A stretch of DNA of 28,600 nt from Candidatus Hydrogenedentota bacterium (GCA_034408725.1 JAWXCN010000114.1:1-28600), one strand, 5' to 3'; numbered from the stretch's first letter, positions 7,466-16,489 are shown. Notes: generated by a model not told the origin, from the sequence alone. Program-made: numbers and translations.

Positions 7466-8944
7466 ATGACGGACACAATTGCACGCCGTGAGTTTATTGC
7501 GCGCACGGCATTTGGCGCCGCCTCGCTTGCCGTAGCGGCGCCGGTGGGCGCTGCGGAATCGAAGCGCAACATCGTCTTCATACTCATTGATGATATGCGT
7601 TTTGATTCGATGGGATTCATGGGCCATCCTTTTCTTGAGACCCCACACCTCGACGCGCTTGCCCGGAATGGCATGGTCTTTGATCGCGCGTTCGTGACCA
7701 CTTCGCTGTGTTCACCAAGCCGCGCGTGCATCCTCACCGGGATGTATGCGCACCGGCATGGCGTGATCGACAACTACCAAAAACTCGATGCTTCCGTGCC
7801 CATGTTCCCAAGCCTTTTGCAACAGGCGGGCTATCGCACCGGATTTATCGGCAAGTGGCACATGGGCGGCGATGGCGATGAACCGCGGCCGGGGTTCGAC
7901 TATTGGGCCTCGTTTCCCGGTCAGGGCGTCTATGTGAACCCGACTTTCAATATCAATGGCGCAAAGCAAAAGTTCGAGGGGTATGTCACGGACCTCATTA
8001 CTGATCAGGCCGTTGATTTCTTAAGCGCGCCGAAGGACAAACCGTTTTGCCTTTACGTTTCGCACAAGGCAGTACACGCGGAGTTTCATCCCGCGGACCG
8101 GCACAAGGGCTGTTACGCGGACAAGATATATCCGCATCCGGTGAGCATGGCCGACACGGACGAAAACTATCGCGGCAAACCCGCATGGGTGCGCGCGCAA
8201 CGAAAAAGTTGGCACGGCGTGGACGGGATGTACAACAAGGAAGTGCAGTTCGATCAGTTTGCGCGGGACTACGCGGAGACCATGCGCGCCGTCGATGACA
8301 GCGTCGGACGGATTGTCGAAACCTTGCGCGGACAGGGGCAATTGGAATCCACACTGCTCGTGTTCACGTCGGACAACGGCTTTCAGTTTGGCGAACACGG
8401 CCTGATTGATAAGCGGACCATGTACGAGACTTCAATACGCGTGCCGTGCATTGCGCATTGCCCGGAACTGATCAAACCGGGCTCGCGGTGCGCGGAACTT
8501 ACGCAAACCATCGATTTCGCGCCGACGTTTCTCGATGCCGCCGGCGTGAGCGTGCCCGCGGACATGCAGGGACGTTCCCTACTGCCGTTGTTGCGCGGCG
8601 AACAACCGGAATGGCGCGACGCCATTCTCTACGAATATTTGTGGGAACGGTCGTTTCCACAGACACCGACGGTGTTGGGCGTGCGCACCAAAACACACAA
8701 ATTCATGCGGTACCACGGGATTTGGGACCGGTACGAACTCTACAACGTCGCGGAAGACCCCGGCGAATTGAACAATTTGCTCGGCGCATTCTTGCAGGAA
8801 TCACAAGGCAGCGCGCTGGACAGCCTCATTCGCAACACCGCGCCCGATGAAACAAAGAAGCTTTTCGCCGAAATGAATAAGCGGCTGGATAATTTGCTTG
8901 AAGAGACTGGATGCGGCCGCGAGCTTTCGTGGACGACGAGATAA
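7466..8944 (+). CDS. Tat-exported Cys-type sulfatase (N-acetylglucosamine-6-sulfatase-like)
   Basis: RREF twin-arginine, NIVFILIDD, CSPSRACILTG formylglycine motif, GKWH, TSDNG. Confidence 0.93.
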   Translation: MTDTIARREFIARTAFGAASLAVAAPVGAAESKRNIVFILIDDMRFDSMGFMGHPFLETPHLDALARNGMVFDRAFVTTSLCSPSRACILTGMYAHRHGVIDNYQKLDASVPMFPSLLQQAGYRTGFIGKWHMGGDGDEPRPGFDYWASFPGQGVYVNPTFNINGAKQKFEGYVTDLITDQAVDFLSAPKDKPFCLYVSHKAVHAEFHPADRHKGCYADKIYPHPVSMADTDENYRGKPAWVRAQRKSWHGVDGMYNKEVQFDQFARDYAETMRAVDDSVGRIVETLRGQGQLESTLLVFTSDNGFQFGEHGLIDKRTMYETSIRVPCIAHCPELIKPGSRCAELTQTIDFAPTFLDAAGVSVPADMQGRSLLPLLRGEQPEWRDAILYEYLWERSFPQTPTVLGVRTKTHKFMRYHGIWDRYELYNVAEDPGELNNLLGAFLQESQGSALDSLIRNTAPDETKKLFAEMNKRLDNLLEETGCGRELSWTTR

Positions 8945-8999
8945 GTGCTCATCGCGCTGCCGATGAGCGCCCCTCGTGGGCCGTTGGCGCCTGCGACGA

Positions 9000-9110
9000 A
9001 ACTCGAGAGATGTTGAAGAATTCGAGGTTGCGCTGCCACCTTACGAGGGGGGGACAGGCAGGGCACAATTTCCATTGGATAAACCCATACCCCTCGAACT
9101 GATAAGCACG
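9000..9110 (+). pseudogene. C-terminal remnant of a DUF1801/YdhG-like gene
   Basis: Translates to EEFEVALPPYEGGTGRAQFPLDKPIPLELIS, resembling the DUF1801 C-terminus (..Y..GKG.VQFPLDKPIP..LI). No intact N-terminus. Confidence 0.55.
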
Positions 9111-9186
9111 TGCCGGCGCCCAATCAGCTTTTATCGAATCTCCGGTACTGAGATTTGGAATGGTCCACCAGATCGACGAGAGAGTG

Positions 9187-9363
9187 CTACTTCTCGTCAA
9201 TTCGCTGCGGTGGCCGTGCCACAAGCCGGTCGCCGCGCAGTTTTTGCGATTCCTGAAGGCGTGCCACGAGCCTGCGCAAGTCGTATCCCACTTCTCGCGC
9301 AAGTTGTTCGCGGACTCCGTGTATTTCGTCAACGATCGGGTCAGTCCAAATCTTGGTCTTCAT
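9187..9363 (-). CDS. 58-aa small protein, putative antitoxin/partner of the PIN protein (absent from the ORF track)
   Basis: MKTKIWTDPIVDEIHGVREQLAREVGYDLRRLVARLQESQKLRGDRLVARPPQRIDEK*. ATG overlaps the PIN gene 3' end and has GAGGAG upstream. Confidence 0.75.
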   Translation of the reverse strand: MKTKIWTDPIVDEIHGVREQLAREVGYDLRRLVARLQESQKLRGDRLVARPPQRIDEK

Positions 9364-9853
9364 ACATCAACTCCTCGGGCGTGCAAATTGTGGGAGATAA
9401 GAGTCCGCGTCCCGCATTCACCGCTGGCAAGAGCCTTTTTACCGAACCACGAGCGATATGGCGACAATTCCATGTGAGTAGGTAATCCATGCCATTTATA
9501 GAAGCAACGGCAAGATGAAGTGCGTCGGCAAGCGCTGTTCGCGGCAATGGCAGCTCGTTCAAGTATATCTGGGCAAGTTCCGCCGCTTCATCTGTTACGT
9601 CAAGCGTTGGAAATCCTTTAATCACCTCAAGTCTGCGCCGGGAGGCGTCTGCATCACCACGGAGAATTTCGTCGTACACCACCTCTGATACGAATGCTTC
9701 ATAATCTTGAAGCTGCGTGTCCCACCACTCCTGAGTTATGTGCTGATGCGTTAAAATGATCATGTCTGTCGATGGGCGGGCGACGTAGTAGCTGGGCACC
9801 GTCGTTTCGAGATAAAGAGTTGGTCTATTTTGGAGTTGATTTGCCCTCTGCAT
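9341..9853 (-). CDS. PIN-domain (VapC-like) protein
   Basis: LYLETTVPSY, VSEVVYDE, DALHLAVA, DYLLTWNCRHIA and ICTPEEL motifs. Start at ATG 9853 behind GAGGA. Confidence 0.85.
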   Translation of the reverse strand: MQRANQLQNRPTLYLETTVPSYYVARPSTDMIILTHQHITQEWWDTQLQDYEAFVSEVVYDEILRGDADASRRRLEVIKGFPTLDVTDEAAELAQIYLNELPLPRTALADALHLAVASINGMDYLLTWNCRHIARGSVKRLLPAVNAGRGLLSPTICTPEELMYEDQDLD

Positions 9854-10242
9854 GTCCGCTAGGTCCTCGCCGATATGCTTCACTCGTAAATCAATCATAT
9901 TCTATACTAATCCCTCTACAACCGCGATGCCTATTGAGGGCACGTGGCTTAGGAACGAGTAGTTACCTATGGCTGGAACTCCCGACGAACTTCGTATGGA
10001 CGTAGCGGCGGGCACGCGACGAAATCCGCCGCCTCCGTAATGAAAACCGGCTGTTTCATGGCTACCCTAATTTGGTTCTCTGTCACGAGCGCCGCCGTAA
10101 TTCGCTGAACACGCCCGACACGATTGGAGCAATCACGGCGCGAACTGAAATTGACGCTTGATGAAGAAGACAAGGACTCAAGGGGCAGAGGGAGGATGGG
10201 CAGATCAACAGGGTCGAAAATCAAGAAAACGGAAATAGCGTA

Positions 10243-10278
10243 GAAAAATGGAAAGGCCCACGAAGACCGTAGGCCTTT
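10243..10278 (-). terminator. Intrinsic terminator after tRNA-Met
   Basis: Minus strand AAAGGCCTACG-GTCTT-CGTGGGCCTTT followed by CCATTTTTC. Confidence 0.6.
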
Positions 10279-10289
10279 ACCAATTAATA

Positions 10290-10366
<77 letters not shown>

Positions 10367-10382
10367 TCAAAGTCGAATGCGT

Positions 10383-10411
10383 AGTTTAACAATCAATGAC
10401 GGGGATGTCAA
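10383..10411 (-). promoter_or_regulatory. sigma70 promoter of tRNA-Met
   Basis: TTGACA-N17-TAAACT on the minus strand. Confidence 0.75.
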
Positions 10412-10629
10412 ACGACTGGTCGCTCTTCGGCCAAAGGTGGATTGCGGCCGGAAATTAACACTGAGATCTAAGGCTTCGTTCCGTAGGAGTGGACATGTCG
10501 GCAGTATATCGTATTGGATTCTAGAAAGTGCGAAGACAACGCGGATTGGGCTGAAAACTCGACTACGTAGCCGATTACGATTAGGATTAGAAAGTACACA
10601 GGGTGCAAAGCTATGCGGAGGAGCACGAC

Positions 10630-11799
10630 ATGGATCGGCGAAGTTTTTTGACGGCGATAGCGGTTGCGCCGGTAGTTGCGCGTGCCGCGGGCGCACAAGA
10701 CACGGCGAAGAAGTATCGGGCGTGTGTCATTGGCGACACGAAGGATGGCGGGTACGGTCACGATATTCACATGATCTGGAAAGCCCGCGAAGACGTCGCG
10801 GTAGTTGGGTTGGCGGATCCTGATGAAGCGGGCCGTGCCAAGCACGCGGCCGATTGCGGGGCGAAGACCCAGTACGCTGATTATCGCGAAATGCTTGCGA
10901 AAGAAAAGCCGGACCTGGTGGCAATTGCGCCTCGCACGACACCGCGTCACAAGGAATACCTGCTGGCATGCGTCGAGGTTGGCGCGCACGGGTTTATCGA
11001 GAAACCGCTCAGCGTTGATCTCGCGGAAGCGGACGAAATAATAACGGCGGCGGATGCGAAAGGTCTGAAATGGACCATCGGTTTCAATTTCCGGTCAACA
11101 CCGTTGGCGCAACACGCGCGCAAATTGATTGTCGAAGACCGCGCAATCGGCACGGTGCTGGAAATGCGCAGCCGCGGCAAAGAGGACGACCGCGCGGGCG
11201 GCGAAGACCTGATAGTCCTTGGAATCCACTTGTTCGATTTGATCGGGTTCATGTTCGGCAAGCCGCAGTGGTGTTTTTCGGACATCACGTTCAACGGAAA
11301 ACCGGCGATGAAAGAAAACATTGGCGAAGCTACCGAACCGCTTGGACCAATACTTGGCAATCGCATCAACGCGATGTTTGGTTTGGCGCAGGGCGTGCCC
11401 GCGTATTTCTCGAGCATGAAAAGCAAAGACGGCAATGGCGGCCGCTGGGGCATCGATATTTACGGCACGCAGGGCGCAATGTCGATGCGGCAGGACGTCG
11501 GCCCTGTCGTTCATCTGTTGAAAGACCCGTCGTGGTCGCCTGGCGGCTCGGAGCACAAATGGGAACCGATGCCGGACGCGCCGGCGTCCCCGCCGCAGGA
11601 TGATCATGTGTTGCGGTATTCGATCATCGTGAATGATTTGATTGCGGCGATCGAAGAGAACCGGCAGCCGGCAATCAGCATTCATCACGGGCGCGACGCG
11701 CAGGAAATGATCCAGGCGGTGTTCGATTCGTATGTGCAGGGCAAGCGCGTTGAGATTCCGCTGAAGGATAGGACGCATCCGCTGAAGCGCTGGGGGTGA
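10630..11799 (+). CDS. Tat-exported Gfo/Idh/MocA-family oxidoreductase
   Basis: MDRRSFL Tat signal, YADYREMLAKEKPDLV, EKP motif, GIHLFD. Confidence 0.92.
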   Translation: MDRRSFLTAIAVAPVVARAAGAQDTAKKYRACVIGDTKDGGYGHDIHMIWKAREDVAVVGLADPDEAGRAKHAADCGAKTQYADYREMLAKEKPDLVAIAPRTTPRHKEYLLACVEVGAHGFIEKPLSVDLAEADEIITAADAKGLKWTIGFNFRSTPLAQHARKLIVEDRAIGTVLEMRSRGKEDDRAGGEDLIVLGIHLFDLIGFMFGKPQWCFSDITFNGKPAMKENIGEATEPLGPILGNRINAMFGLAQGVPAYFSSMKSKDGNGGRWGIDIYGTQGAMSMRQDVGPVVHLLKDPSWSPGGSEHKWEPMPDAPASPPQDDHVLRYSIIVNDLIAAIEENRQPAISIHHGRDAQEMIQAVFDSYVQGKRVEIPLKDRTHPLKRWG

Positions 11800-11845
11800 A
11801 TAGTTATTGAGCATGAGAGAAGATATTGTTTGAAAGGAATGCTGT

Positions 11846-12484
11846 ATGAGTTGCCTATTCGCCTTTGTTCAGATTATTGGCGTCGCGTGCGCGCAAACTC
11901 AAGCGCCAGCACACCTCCCCCAAGTAAAACCAAAAATGATGCGGTATGCCCATTACGATGTCGCATCAAAAATAAAAGATTCCGAAGCATTGGGTGGATT
12001 TTGGATATCGCCGAATGTCTCACAGAAGTTCGACGAGTCTATTAAAAAATTAACTGAAGCGCTTGATCCAAAAAACTTGACAACCATCGCCCAGCCCGTG
12101 CCTGGCACTACAGACGCGGATCAAATGGAGATCATGGTTGCGAACGGCACGCAGTCGATCAAAAGTTTGTCGGCTCAGGACAGTTGTATCCCTTTAGTGC
12201 AAGAGGCGAAAGATACAACCGGACAATGGCGACCGATCGAATTTCGAAAACAGGCCACGTGTGGCAACAGCTACCACACCGTTTTTCTGGAGCCTGGGCA
12301 GTTTTGGAAACTGGATGCACCGCAAAATTCAGGGCCCATCAAAACTTCGCTGCGTTATGCGCTGACAACAAAAGATGGTGTCGTATATTCGCGCGAATTT
12401 TCGGGCTCAATACAAGATACTCAATTTATAATGCCCATACCGAGGGATATTACCGCTGCAACAGATAGCGTAGAAAAACGGTAA
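11846..12484 (+). CDS. Hypothetical exported protein with QEA..GQWRPIE...CGNSY motif
   Basis: Intact 212-aa ORF with AAAGGA SD and a hydrophobic N-terminus. Visibly more AT-rich than neighbours. Confidence 0.65.
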   Translation: MSCLFAFVQIIGVACAQTQAPAHLPQVKPKMMRYAHYDVASKIKDSEALGGFWISPNVSQKFDESIKKLTEALDPKNLTTIAQPVPGTTDADQMEIMVANGTQSIKSLSAQDSCIPLVQEAKDTTGQWRPIEFRKQATCGNSYHTVFLEPGQFWKLDAPQNSGPIKTSLRYALTTKDGVVYSREFSGSIQDTQFIMPIPRDITAATDSVEKR

Positions 12485-12521
12485 ATCTTCTTTCCGAAAC
12501 CTGTCCGTGTTTGTCCTAAAT

Positions 12522-12569
12522 CGGGGACAGCCACCGGCATCCAAAACGCGATGCTGGTGACAGTCCCCG
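12522..12569. repeat. REP-like hairpin, family C (GGGGACAG...GTCCCC), between convergent genes
   Basis: CGGGGACAGCCACCGGCATC and GATGCTGGTGACAGTCCCCG form an imperfect 20-bp stem. Confidence 0.65.
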
Positions 12570-12573
12570 CGGT

Positions 12574-14895
12574 TCAGTAATGCCGCGTTGCGCCGTACCA
12601 ATTGCTGCTGCCGTGATCGAGGTGCAGCACTGGCGTGCCGCTGATGCGGTGTTCCATGCCGTAGGCGTCGCGCATGTCTTTTCCGAATTTCCAGTCCGCG
12701 CCTTCGAAGTGGTGGAGTTCTTCGTACCGCACTTTTTCGAGGCACTCGCGCCGCACACATTGGGAATAGCCGACGGGCACGCCGTCTGCTTCGCGCATGC
12801 GGTATTCACCCGCGCCGGAAAGCAGCGTGTCCCATTGATCCCACGCCTTGACTTCGCCGAGCAGCACGCGGGCGGTGGTTTCGCGGTCCAACATTTTCCG
12901 GCCATCGGGAATTGCGAATTTTGTTTCCTTTGGCAGCGCAACAAGCTTCGCGAGCATGTCCGGGGCGAGAAGGATGTCCGCGTCAAGTACCATCACCCAT
13001 TCGCCGCGCGCCTTGTCGAGACATTCATTGAGCATGAGACCTTTGGTATTTGCGTACTGCGGGGCGAACGGTGAGGACACAATCGTAAGCTCCGGATACG
13101 CCAATTGCATGCTGTCGATTACATCATTGGTCGCGTCGAGTCCGGGTACGAACGCAATGATGACTTCGATCTCGCGCGGCGCGATACCGCGTTGGTGCGC
13201 GAGATTTTGCAGGCACGCCTGCAAGCGCCGCGAGTACCGCGTGCTGACGAGCACGACGGACACCCGATAGGATTGCTCGGCCGCAATGTCTTCCGAGGGT
13301 TTCCACAAATAGACGGCTTGCGTGCCTAATGTGCCGTCAATGTTCCAAGCGGCGATGCGCGGTTCGATGCCTTTGCCCAGGCGCGCGGGCGCGTAGTACG
13401 CCCCTGCAAATTCCACCGGCCGCACCGGATGCCCGTCGCGCAACAGTACGTAGCGGCCGTCTGTTTCAACGTGCAGCACCACGCGATGCGTATATGCCGT
13501 CATCGGCACGAGCAAGCGGCACGCGCGGCCAATCGCAAAGCCAACGTACTCGGCGATTCCTCCGCCGAATGTCACGGACAGGGTGAACGGCGGATCAAGG
13601 CGCGCCAGTGGAGTGCTTATTTTTTCGCCGCCGCCAAAAGAAAACCAGCGCAGACTGCCCGGTAATTGCCAGCTCCAGGCGCCATCCACCTTGTAATCGA
13701 AAGAATCCACCTCGCCTGTTGGCGGCGTATTGGTCACGGTGGCGTTCGCGCGTGTTGCGAGCGATTCGTCACAGGTTTCCGCGTCGCGCCGCGCCGCGTC
13801 GACTGTGTCGTAGTGTTTGTGTTGAGACCTTGCGAATGTCTGCGCATCGATAATTTCCTCGCCCTGCTGCGAGACAATGGTCAGGCCGGGAAGGCGTGGA
13901 GCGGGACCGTCGCAAATGCGTTGCAGGCTGCACACGGCGCACACGGGATTGCGCGCGGCGCGGCGCTGATTGCGATACCGTTCTGCCGCGAGTTCCGCGC
14001 TCGCGGGAGACGCGGGCACGGCACTCGAGCGGTGCCGCGCAATCTTGTGCAAGGCCCAGACCCGCGCGCGCACCCACGGATGGTCCATGATCCACGGGAG
14101 CAGAATGCGATCAATGGGATTGTTGGTTGAGGTGTACTGGCCTAGTTTCATCAGTACGATTTGGCGAATCCAGACCGGATGCCGGTGGTACAGCGGCGCG
14201 GCGAGTTCAAACGACTCGCGCTTGTACTGCTGATGGTCCAGAAAAAATTGTGGCCGGTTTACGACGTCTTGCCACAGGTTCCGGGGAATCACGCAGAAAG
14301 GAAACCCGGCAAGACTCACCTCGACGTTGGCCTGCTCGATCTCATACGCGAGTTTGATGGCTGCGTCTACGCTTTGGGCGGCATGTGTATCGTTGCGGGC
14401 GGCGGGCGCTGGGCAAAACGGGTCGTTCGCAGCGACATGGACGGCGGTACACTGCACGAGCCGCTCATGAAGGTCAGACGATACGTCTTCCGACGCGAAG
14501 GGCGTATGCAATTGCATGCGCACCGGTATGCCGGCGCCGAGACATGCATCGAACCACGGGACCAAGTGAGGGCTGATTATCGATGCCGGCGCGAGAAACA
14601 CGTCGAACGGCGCAGCTTCGCGCAATCGCGCGAAAGCAGGAGGAGGCGCTGAACAGTCCGTGCGCAAGGAGACGCTGGCGTTCAACGCATCCGCGGCGGC
14701 TTTTACCTCGCTGAACAGCGCGAGATCAACGCCATGCATCAGTAGATCGACTTTGTCGCAATGGAACACCGTCCGGTTGAGCCGGAACCATCGCTCCAAA
14801 TCCGGCGCGGAAAGCGCGCGGCCCGCGGCGGTGTGTGCGCAAACAATGCCCCGCGCGGGGCCGATACGGTCGCTATGTGCGGGTGTGTTCTGCAC
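12574..14895 (-). CDS. Multidomain GT2 glycosyltransferase with N-terminal radical-SAM-like/Cys-cluster region (start uncertain; ORF open to 15051)
   Basis: C-terminal GT2: VSVVLVS, KGLMLNECLDKARGEWVMVLDADI, FEGADW. Upstream GFPFCVIP and CAVCSLQRICDG. The region above 14895 is REP-rich, so GTG 14895 is preferred. Confidence 0.75.
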   Translation of the reverse strand: MQNTPAHSDRIGPARGIVCAHTAAGRALSAPDLERWFRLNRTVFHCDKVDLLMHGVDLALFSEVKAAADALNASVSLRTDCSAPPPAFARLREAAPFDVFLAPASIISPHLVPWFDACLGAGIPVRMQLHTPFASEDVSSDLHERLVQCTAVHVAANDPFCPAPAARNDTHAAQSVDAAIKLAYEIEQANVEVSLAGFPFCVIPRNLWQDVVNRPQFFLDHQQYKRESFELAAPLYHRHPVWIRQIVLMKLGQYTSTNNPIDRILLPWIMDHPWVRARVWALHKIARHRSSAVPASPASAELAAERYRNQRRAARNPVCAVCSLQRICDGPAPRLPGLTIVSQQGEEIIDAQTFARSQHKHYDTVDAARRDAETCDESLATRANATVTNTPPTGEVDSFDYKVDGAWSWQLPGSLRWFSFGGGEKISTPLARLDPPFTLSVTFGGGIAEYVGFAIGRACRLLVPMTAYTHRVVLHVETDGRYVLLRDGHPVRPVEFAGAYYAPARLGKGIEPRIAAWNIDGTLGTQAVYLWKPSEDIAAEQSYRVSVVLVSTRYSRRLQACLQNLAHQRGIAPREIEVIIAFVPGLDATNDVIDSMQLAYPELTIVSSPFAPQYANTKGLMLNECLDKARGEWVMVLDADILLAPDMLAKLVALPKETKFAIPDGRKMLDRETTARVLLGEVKAWDQWDTLLSGAGEYRMREADGVPVGYSQCVRRECLEKVRYEELHHFEGADWKFGKDMRDAYGMEHRISGTPVLHLDHGSSNWYGATRHY

Positions 14896-14940
14896 GAGCT
14901 TTGTATTGTGGCCCGAAGCGATGCCGCCAAGCGAATTCGC

Positions 14941-15128
14941 CGGGAGCGCGCATCCTCGAACTGCGCGCGCCCCCGCGGCCCGTTGGGAGGGCGCGCGTCC
15001 TCGCGCGCCTTTTGCCTGCGTCCATGAACCGAACGCGTCCGCGCGCGCCAAGACGCTGGCTTGCAGTGTGCGGAGGGCTATACGACGAACGGTAGCATGC
15101 CCGCGAGGACGCCGCTATCGCGCTCCCA
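14941..15128. repeat. Cluster of degenerate GGAG-type REP hairpins
   Basis: GGGAGCGCGCATCCTC (14942), TGGGAGGGCGCGCGTCCTCGCGCGCC (14984-15009), and an inverted ...GAGGACGCC...CGCGCTCCCA (to about 15127). Confidence 0.55.
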
Positions 15129-15144
15129 GCGCATCAACCGGGCG

Positions 15145-16092
15145 TTAATGCGATTCGATCATAAACACTTCGCTAAAACCGCTGACGCCGTTCTGCTTGT
15201 CCCGGATGCGGACTCGGTAGTTCGCGCCAACCGCAACATCGCCGGGCACGGTCCAAGTGTATTTGCCATCGTTTGCCGTTTTTTTCTTGATGGTGCCGGT
15301 CTTATTGTTACCATCGAACAATTCGATGCGCACCTTGTCGCTCACGACGCCGGAAGATTCCCATTTGATCTTAAACACATCATTCGTATGCACGACGTCG
15401 TTGTCGTTGGGCCGCAACACGGTTATTGTCGCCGGATTACCGTCCACGGTGAAACTGGCGCGGGCGTTGTTCGTTACGATCGGGGTGGCAACCGTGAGCG
15501 CATAATCGGCGAGATTTGTCGTGCCGGTTCCGGTAGCCGCGAGGTTTATCAGCAGGGCCGTGGCGCCAACACTGGGCAGCGCCGTTCCGAACGCCGGACC
15601 AAAATCGCCGTCATCGTCGTTGGTGTCGTCACCCGCATTCGATCCAGTGTATGCCGCTCCGCCCCACGCGGTGGACCACAGCACCGTGCCATCGTCTTCT
15701 TCAAATGTGAGTCTGCCCGCGGCAAAATATGAATCGGGAATCCGGTTGGCCATTGTAAAGTCGGGCGCGGTTGCTGGCGTGGTAAAGCTGTTGAACGCCA
15801 GCGTTGTGAGCAGGACGCGATCGCCCGTCTCGCCGTTCGTAATCTGCGTATTGAAATTGAAAATCTCGACCGGGTTTGCGCCGGCCGCGTCGTAGACCCA
15901 CATCTGAGAACCGCTCAACGCGTTTTGTCCGGGTGATCGCATGCGAAGTTGTATGGCCTGGGCCGTTGTGTCTCCATTGACCGCTCCGATAATTTGCTCG
16001 ACCTGCATGAGGTGATGCACGGCGTGAGATGGCAATGCCGCGCACAGGAACACGATAACAACGCACCAGAAACGGAGAGATGGACAAAGCAT
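15145..16092 (-). CDS. Secreted protein with C-terminal Ig-like (Kre9/Ser-Thr-rich GPI-type) domain
   Basis: Signal peptide ending LPSHA. C-terminal ITVLRPN...KIKW...VRIEL...NDGKYTWTVP...YRVRI...SEVF pattern. Confidence 0.75.
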   Translation of the reverse strand: MLCPSLRFWCVVIVFLCAALPSHAVHHLMQVEQIIGAVNGDTTAQAIQLRMRSPGQNALSGSQMWVYDAAGANPVEIFNFNTQITNGETGDRVLLTTLAFNSFTTPATAPDFTMANRIPDSYFAAGRLTFEEDDGTVLWSTAWGGAAYTGSNAGDDTNDDDGDFGPAFGTALPSVGATALLINLAATGTGTTNLADYALTVATPIVTNNARASFTVDGNPATITVLRPNDNDVVHTNDVFKIKWESSGVVSDKVRIELFDGNNKTGTIKKKTANDGKYTWTVPGDVAVGANYRVRIRDKQNGVSGFSEVFMIESH

Positions 16093-16288
16093 ACTGAGAA
16101 CTCCAGCGTGATTTTGGGGGCCAGCCCGATTGCATTTTGAGAAAAATGATTGTAGGTGCGCGCCGGAAATAGCGCAAGGGGAAATGCGCGATTACTTCAA
16201 GACTGACACCGCTGCGAAAGGTGCGAAACCCTTGCTGGCGTATTAAGTGTGAGATTCGTTCGATATGAAGTTTGGAAATCGACCTTAC

Positions 16289-16453
16289 ATCCCCCTAAAT
16301 CCCGCTTCAAAGGGGGACTTTGAAGCTCAGATTATGAAATACGCTTCAAAGGAGGACTTTGAAGCTCAGATTATGAAATGCGCTTCAAAGGGGGACTTTG
16401 AAGCTCAGATTATGAAATGCGCTTCAAAGGAGGACTTTGAAGATCGGATTATG
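16289..16453. repeat. Tandem array of four 39-bp hairpin units grown from a CCCCCTAAATCCC..AAAGGGGGACTT REP-like element
   Basis: Units start at 16303, 16342, 16381 and 16420. Each has GCTTCAAAG-N5-CTTTGAAG followed by a near-identical linker. Confidence 0.93.
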
Positions 16454-16489
16454 CGCGTGCCTTTTGCCACGGATTTGGGATTCATGACA

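Noticed and set aside
16303..16453. CRISPR array
   Set aside because: The 16-nt linkers are near identical rather than unique, and no cas genes are present.
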